64,000 nucleotides of DNA from positions 45,578 to 109,577 of IMG/VR virus record IMGVR_UViG_3300032304_003098; one strand, given 5' to 3'. The position numbers and the translations under genes are program-made. Positions 58,966 to 64,000 of this stretch are shown here, one piece after another (within the stretch, counting starts at the first letter, position 1; each line of letters begins with the position of its first letter). The notes under the pieces were generated by a model, which saw only the letters and a program-made list of their open reading frames with translations, ran no database searches and had not been told where the DNA came from. The DNA is from a virus.

Positions 58966-61500
58966 ATGGCAACATACACCACAACTTCTAAATATGTTCA
59001 ACTCACACCCTATCTGGTGATGGAGTACATGTATGCTGCTCAACCAAATCCAGAAACTTATTTTGTTAATAACGGTGGGGGAAATCCAACAGTAGGATTT
59101 AACAAATTGATTAATGGAATTTTAGAGTACAAAGGATCTCCCACAAACGAGGTTCAAATTTTTAATTTGGATGAAAATTATGCCATCACTCAAAACACCG
59201 CTTTAAACAATGTGGTTAAAACATCCGAAAATTCTTTTATTCCTCTAAATCCGAATTTAATTGTTCCATACAACGATTTTAATCCCAAATTAACCCCCAC
59301 CTCAAATCTTGAAATTAGCTTTCCCTCAAATATCTCTGTGGTTTATGACACGGTGAGATATCATATTTTACAAGGTTATAATTTGGAAAACATAGATGGA
59401 CTTGTGTTATCTATTGCATTCTTAGACCAGGACGGTTCTTTTGTCACCTTTTCTCAAATTGAATTGAGTTCAGGAACTGCTCAGAATTACACTTTAGATC
59501 CTAATCCTTTAACAATTGGTTCTAATATTTACGACAAGTATTTTCAAATTAATGTTCCCTCTCTGGTGGACATGAACAATCAGTATGCCGCTGCCACTGC
59601 ACCAAATAAGCCCAACACATTGGCTGGAAAAACATCTCGTAGCGGCAGAGGTTATGTCACTGGGTCACCGATGAGAATTTCTGTTTGGCAAATCAACGAC
59701 ATAACACAAGTTAACGGATATGACCAATATGGGGTTACTCTTTATGCTACCTTATCCTTGGAATCAGAAGATCCTTTCTCTAATGTGGGAGCCTACATCG
59801 CTCCCGCTGAGAGCGGTGATTATTTCGAGTATTTTGCCACGGATAACGGCGGATTCATTGAAAACTTCATTCTATTTCAAAATTCCATCGGAAATCAATA
59901 TTACATCGACCACAAAGTTGAAACTGTAGAACAAATTGGAGCTGCCTTCATTGCCACCAATAATTTTTCCACGATCCAAACAACTGCTTTTGATATCCCT
60001 CTGTTATATAGGCCTATCATCAGATATCCTTCGGTTGCTGCGGGATTTACTTTGAGATACACCATGACGTTAGTAAATAGTGTGGACCAATCCCGGTTGG
60101 TGAGAAACGCTTCTTATACATCATTGGATACCGCTAAATATGGACCTTATATTGCCCCTCTACAGCTGTCGGTTTCCCCTCAGACCCAAAAAATTTACAA
60201 CAGACTAGCTAATCAGTCCAATATTTCAGTTCCTGCAAACTCAATTGCTCCAAAGGAAATTGTGAAATATCAAAATGTCTTTGTTGAAAACAACACGGTA
60301 AATTTAACAATGTCTAATTTGTCCGTGAAAGGAACAACCATTTCTCAGGCAGACTCTGGCGTTACTGAAACAATTTCATATGGATTGGGACAGGCCTACA
60401 TTCGCATTTCTCCCTTTGATAATTATTACAAGTTCACTTTTTACAAGAGAAACGCCAATGGAACTATGGATTTGTTAGATCTGACTTCCTCTGGTACTTT
60501 CAAATTAGTCTTTATAGACAACAAAAACAACAAATTATTTGCACCTTCCATTGCAGATAAAAACTTGGCTAATGCGGCACAAGGAGAACTTGCATTCAAG
60601 GTAGATCAAAGTCTGGCAAACCAAATTTTAACGTTTACCAATCGCAGATTTTATGTTTCCAATCAGCCTATCATAGCGGAAACAAATTCAGTTGCCGGTA
60701 GATTACCTTTTTCCAGACTTTCTGGGGTAAAACAAAGATTAGCCAGCAAAGCTTTATCTACAACAGATTCCATCAAAGACGTTCAACTTGCAGCTCAGGA
60801 TTTAACCACCGCAGATAATTCATTGGGGACATCCAGAATATCTGGATCTTCTTCCTCAGTTTTATATTATGGCAGATGGTTGAACGATTCAGAGCCAATA
60901 CCTTCTATTCAAATAGGAGCCGGAACATCTGGATTGGGTAGTCCAGTGAACCAATCAAACATCACCACCGCAGTTAGCGGAGAATCACGAACTTCCGGAA
61001 GCGATTTAACCTCAGTCCAAAGTTATTGGCAACGAGTCTTTCTTTCTGGTGGTACCTCAGGTACCTCTGGAGCAAATACAACAGGAGGAATAGGAATTCA
61101 AACTCAAGTTTTGAATGCTTTAGGTATTGTTGCTTTTAAAGCTGCTATTGCTTCTGACGTGCAGGGTAAAATTGCCAGTGAATGGGCTACTGAGCAGATA
61201 ATTAATTATTTTTTAAATCCCGCAGCCGCTGGATTTAAAATTTATTCTGGTATAACAAAACAAATTTTCACCGATGCCGTGACCGGAATCTTCAGCACTG
61301 AGGATCTTGCTTTGTTAAATGTATATGGAAATACTAGAGGTGGTTTGGATGATGGTGGTTCCGCAGCTTCCGGTGGAAGTACTTCGAACCAAAGTGGCTC
61401 TGATTCTGGTAGTCCACAGCCTCAATTTCCTCCAATCCCTCCAAGAAATTCTGGAGGAACAACTCGGCCACAACCAGGTAGACCCAGGGGAACGTTTTAA
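58966..61500 (+). CDS. structural protein with low-complexity G/S/P C-terminus
   Basis: 844-aa beta-rich ORF in the tail module. Confidence 0.65.
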   Translation: MATYTTTSKYVQLTPYLVMEYMYAAQPNPETYFVNNGGGNPTVGFNKLINGILEYKGSPTNEVQIFNLDENYAITQNTALNNVVKTSENSFIPLNPNLIVPYNDFNPKLTPTSNLEISFPSNISVVYDTVRYHILQGYNLENIDGLVLSIAFLDQDGSFVTFSQIELSSGTAQNYTLDPNPLTIGSNIYDKYFQINVPSLVDMNNQYAAATAPNKPNTLAGKTSRSGRGYVTGSPMRISVWQINDITQVNGYDQYGVTLYATLSLESEDPFSNVGAYIAPAESGDYFEYFATDNGGFIENFILFQNSIGNQYYIDHKVETVEQIGAAFIATNNFSTIQTTAFDIPLLYRPIIRYPSVAAGFTLRYTMTLVNSVDQSRLVRNASYTSLDTAKYGPYIAPLQLSVSPQTQKIYNRLANQSNISVPANSIAPKEIVKYQNVFVENNTVNLTMSNLSVKGTTISQADSGVTETISYGLGQAYIRISPFDNYYKFTFYKRNANGTMDLLDLTSSGTFKLVFIDNKNNKLFAPSIADKNLANAAQGELAFKVDQSLANQILTFTNRRFYVSNQPIIAETNSVAGRLPFSRLSGVKQRLASKALSTTDSIKDVQLAAQDLTTADNSLGTSRISGSSSSVLYYGRWLNDSEPIPSIQIGAGTSGLGSPVNQSNITTAVSGESRTSGSDLTSVQSYWQRVFLSGGTSGTSGANTTGGIGIQTQVLNALGIVAFKAAIASDVQGKIASEWATEQIINYFLNPAAAGFKIYSGITKQIFTDAVTGIFSTEDLALLNVYGNTRGGLDDGGSAASGGSTSNQSGSDSGSPQPQFPPIPPRNSGGTTRPQPGRPRGTF

Positions 61501-61515
61501 AAATAGAAAGTTGTT

Positions 61516-62076
61516 ATGGCAATTTTAAACGCAAGATCCAATTCCTTTTATTTCAATTTTCCGAAGGGATTTTTTCCACCAAGTGTAGAAAATAGGTGGC
61601 TTGCTTACTTAAAAAAACAACCTACTCCATATGATACAATCACTTCTTATATGAATTCAAGTATCCAATCTGTGGGATTTCCAACCCTATCTACAACCTT
61701 AGTTTCTCAAACCAAAAATTTGGGTAAGCAAATCAATTACCAGAGCTCTACCCCTGTCCAAGATTTGTTTTCTAGAGATTTTGATGTTTCTTTCAGAGTA
61801 GGAGAAGGATTTACAAATTATTTTATCATGTTAGAAACGGTGTTAGATAAGTTGGCTTTTCAAAATGATGATTTATTTACGCCGGTTCTTCCCCTGAGAA
61901 TTTTGGACAATGAAGGGGGAATTGTTGTGTCTGTTATTTTCAAGGAGGTGAATTTAACTGGAATTAATGGAATCAGTTTAAGTTACACACAAAATGCTCC
62001 TAGTGTTAACACTTTCACCGTCGGATTCAAATGTAACTTCATGGAGTTAGATATGGAAGTACAGAAAAAAAATTAG
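61516..62076 (+). CDS. tail-tube-fold protein (T4 gp3/gp19-like)
   Basis: IQSVGFPTLS...FDVSFRV...LRILDNEG...VIFKEV..TGI.GISLSY...FTVGFK pattern; 186 aa. Confidence 0.6.
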   Translation: MAILNARSNSFYFNFPKGFFPPSVENRWLAYLKKQPTPYDTITSYMNSSIQSVGFPTLSTTLVSQTKNLGKQINYQSSTPVQDLFSRDFDVSFRVGEGFTNYFIMLETVLDKLAFQNDDLFTPVLPLRILDNEGGIVVSVIFKEVNLTGINGISLSYTQNAPSVNTFTVGFKCNFMELDMEVQKKN

Positions 62077-62083
62077 ATATATA
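62076..62083 (+). promoter_or_regulatory. putative late promoter GATATATA
   Basis: Overlaps the upstream stop codon; 21 nt before ATG 62105. Confidence 0.65.
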
Positions 62084-62104
62084 AGTCAGAAATAAATCCA
62101 AATT

Positions 62105-62350
62105 ATGAGAAAATTTTCCGAACTGACAAAGATAAATGAAATGAAATACGGTCAACCCATGTATGGGGAAAGTGATTTCAAACAACACATGAAAAATTTG
62201 TTGGTTGCCGCTTCAGGTAACGACCAAAGAGTTCTGAATGACATTGTAGACTGTTTGACTGATGATCAGATGGAAAAATGTTATGAGAGGCTTCTCAAAG
62301 TATACAATTATACAGGGAAAGTGGGGCAAAACGTTCAATCCAATCTTTAA
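62105..62350 (+). CDS. small protein, probable internal head protein
   Basis: MRKFSELTKINE leader closely resembles a T4 capsid-targeting sequence. Confidence 0.6.
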   Translation: MRKFSELTKINEMKYGQPMYGESDFKQHMKNLLVAASGNDQRVLNDIVDCLTDDQMEKCYERLLKVYNYTGKVGQNVQSNL

Positions 62351-62364
62351 GGCTGTGGAAGTAA

Positions 62365-62694
62365 ATGTTAGGGCTCATAGAGATAAAATACGGTAAAGAT
62401 ACTGCAGGTAAAATACTTTCTTTATCTATCAATCCAACTTCTGTAGGATCAATAGCAATTGGAGCTACTGGTTTTTTTATTTTTTTGGATTCGGTTAATA
62501 CCACCACAAATCAACCCAATATAAATAATTTCTCGACGCGAATTGCTTTTTTTGGCAATTCAAGCGTGGATGTTGCTGCGATGCAGAACGCCTGGATTAA
62601 TGCCACTAATCAACTTTTGATAGAACCACAAATTGTTACTTTAGATTTTCAATCACAAGGTTACATTTTTTCACAAACAATAATTCAGGCATAG
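62365..62694 (+). CDS. hypothetical protein, similar to the N-terminal domain of the next gene
   Basis: IEIKY...FFIFLDSV...NQLLIEP versus IVIKY...VYLYFTTV...SSLVINP. Confidence 0.65.
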   Translation: MLGLIEIKYGKDTAGKILSLSINPTSVGSIAIGATGFFIFLDSVNTTTNQPNINNFSTRIAFFGNSSVDVAAMQNAWINATNQLLIEPQIVTLDFQSQGYIFSQTIIQA

Positions 62695-64000
62695 GTGAAA
62701 AAAATTGTAATAAAATATGTTTCTGGTATTCAAACCTTATCAACATCGTTTGAACTTGATACCTTATCTGAAATAATAACAGTTGAGGATGGGGTGTATC
62801 TTTATTTCACGACTGTTTACACTTCAACTGGCCTTACTCCTTCCCGTTATTATTATGGTACTGTTGTTTATATCTCTAAAATTGGACAAGGTTATGATCT
62901 TTATAATCAGATCATACAATCAATTTCATCCTTAGTAATAAATCCTATTTCAAATTCTGGGGATTTAGATTTCACCTGGGATTCTGGTGTAACCGTGACC
63001 TTCTCGAATATGAGTGGAGATTCTTCTGGAGGAGGTACCGGGGGGTCTTCCTCAGGAACATCAGGATCTTCAGGAACTTCTGGTATAAGCGGAACCTCTG
63101 GTACTTCAGGTAGTTCTGGTACATCTGGTTCATCTGGTTCATCGGGAACTTCTGGTTCATCGGGAACTTCTGGTTCTTCTGGAACCTCGGGGGGTCCAGG
63201 ATCTGCCGGTACATCTGGTTCTTCTGGATCATCTGGAACTTCCGGAACAGATGCTATTCCTACCACATGTTGGTCGTTTGGATCAAGTACATCACCTTCT
63301 TCTGGACAAATGTACGTTAACGGTGGAACTTTAGGTACAATGGTTTCAACCATCTATCTAAGTAACACAGATTATTATGGAAATAATATAGATAATTTTC
63401 TAGATTCCTTAAATGTTGGAAGTTTAATTCAATTCTTTTTCAACGGTGAATTTTATGTTTATTCTGTTGTTACAAATACAGGATCCGGTACATTTCACAC
63501 TTTCGGAGTAAATTTCGTTTCCCAAAGTGGGTTCGATCAATCACCTGCTCCCGGTTCTTTGGTTTGTTGTCAAATTTCTTTATCCGGAACCAGTGGAACA
63601 TCAGGTTCTTCTGGCACAACTGGAAGCTCAGGAACATCAGGCTTAAATGGAACCTCGGGTACCTCTGGTACTTCTGGGTCTACTGGAACTTCTGGTTCTT
63701 CTGGTTCTTCTGGAACCAATGGAACCTCTGGTAGTTCAGGTTCATCTGGAACATCAGGATTAGACGGTACCTCTGGTACTTCTGGTAGTTCTGGTTCTTC
63801 TGGAACCTCTGGTAGTTCAGGTTCATCAGGAACATCAGGCTTAGATGGAACCTCGGGTACTTCTGGGTCTACTGGTACTTCTGGTTCTTCTGGAACTTCT
63901 GGCATTTCAGGTTCATCGGGAACATCAGGATCAGACGGAACCTCTGGTACTTCAGGTTCTACTGGAACTTCTGGTAGTTCTGGTTCGTCCGGAACTTCTG
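62695..64000 (+). CDS. collagen-like fibre protein with Gly-Thr/Ser-Ser repeats (partial, runs off the window; absent from the ORF track)
   Basis: Frame 1 is open from GTG 62695 to the window end; two Gly-X-Y blocks separated by a globular module. Confidence 0.85.
   Translation, partial: MKKIVIKYVSGIQTLSTSFELDTLSEIITVEDGVYLYFTTVYTSTGLTPSRYYYGTVVYISKIGQGYDLYNQIIQSISSLVINPISNSGDLDFTWDSGVTVTFSNMSGDSSGGGTGGSSSGTSGSSGTSGISGTSGTSGSSGTSGSSGSSGTSGSSGTSGSSGTSGGPGSAGTSGSSGSSGTSGTDAIPTTCWSFGSSTSPSSGQMYVNGGTLGTMVSTIYLSNTDYYGNNIDNFLDSLNVGSLIQFFFNGEFYVYSVVTNTGSGTFHTFGVNFVSQSGFDQSPAPGSLVCCQISLSGTSGTSGSSGTTGSSGTSGLNGTSGTSGTSGSTGTSGSSGSSGTNGTSGSSGSSGTSGLDGTSGTSGSSGSSGTSGSSGSSGTSGLDGTSGTSGSTGTSGSSGTSGISGSSGTSGSDGTSGTSGSTGTSGSSGSSGTS
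63055..63252 (+). repeat. 22 Gly-X-Y triplets (mostly GTS/GSS)
   Basis: Direct translation; strict Gly every third residue. Confidence 0.93.
63586..64000 (+). repeat. about 46 Gly-X-Y triplets (mostly GTS/GSS), truncated by the window end
   Basis: Direct translation; degenerate 9-bp periodicity. Confidence 0.93.

Noticed and set aside
453-62507. Numerous short (60-150 aa) ORFs overlapping the long genes on either strand
   Set aside because: Nested in or antisense to well-supported CDSs, with no recognisable motifs or leaders
62907-63905. Minus-strand ORFs with PEVPE/PDEP or QKNQKF repeats
   Set aside because: Antisense shadows of the + strand Gly-Thr/Ser-Ser repeat gene, whose reverse complement happens to lack stops
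1-64000. Stop-codon recoding (TAG or TGA reassigned, as in some huge phages)
   Set aside because: Code-11 ORFs are long, intact and tile the window; TAG and TGA both end genes at sensible places followed by new starts

Overview
The window is a gene-dense, AT-rich segment of a very large T4-like (myovirus, 'huge/jumbo') phage genome, read in the standard genetic code and almost entirely on the + strand. It holds the head module (gp21-type prohead protease fused to a repetitive scaffold, gp23-type major capsid, several probable internal head proteins), a small accessory block (lipoprotein, two glycosyltransferase-like proteins, dNMP-kinase-like protein, AsnB-like amidotransferase, Nudix hydrolase), and a long neck/baseplate/fibre module (gp48/53/27/54/5/13/25/6/7-like proteins, large structural proteins, collagen-like fibres). 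Embedded in the structural module are a four-domain ribosomal protein S1 homologue, an amidoligase-like protein and phoH. A Bacteroidota host is inferred from SD-less A-rich leaders, the lipoprotein signal and a beta-hairpin-tailed membrane protein. Main signals: (1) an RATATATA motif 16-29 nt before about a dozen gene starts, a probable late promoter, with one copy inside the protease gene that may drive a nested scaffold; (2) a family of proteins with T4-like capsid-targeting/cleavage leaders; (3) G-x-[T/S]-G motifs throughout the virion proteins plus a nearly proline-free Gly-Thr/Ser-Ser collagen, alongside phage glycosyltransferases, suggesting a virion glycosylation system; (4) a late-expressed phage S1. 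All product calls come from motif recognition by eye; no searches were run. No tRNA, rRNA, CRISPR array or mobile element was recognised.
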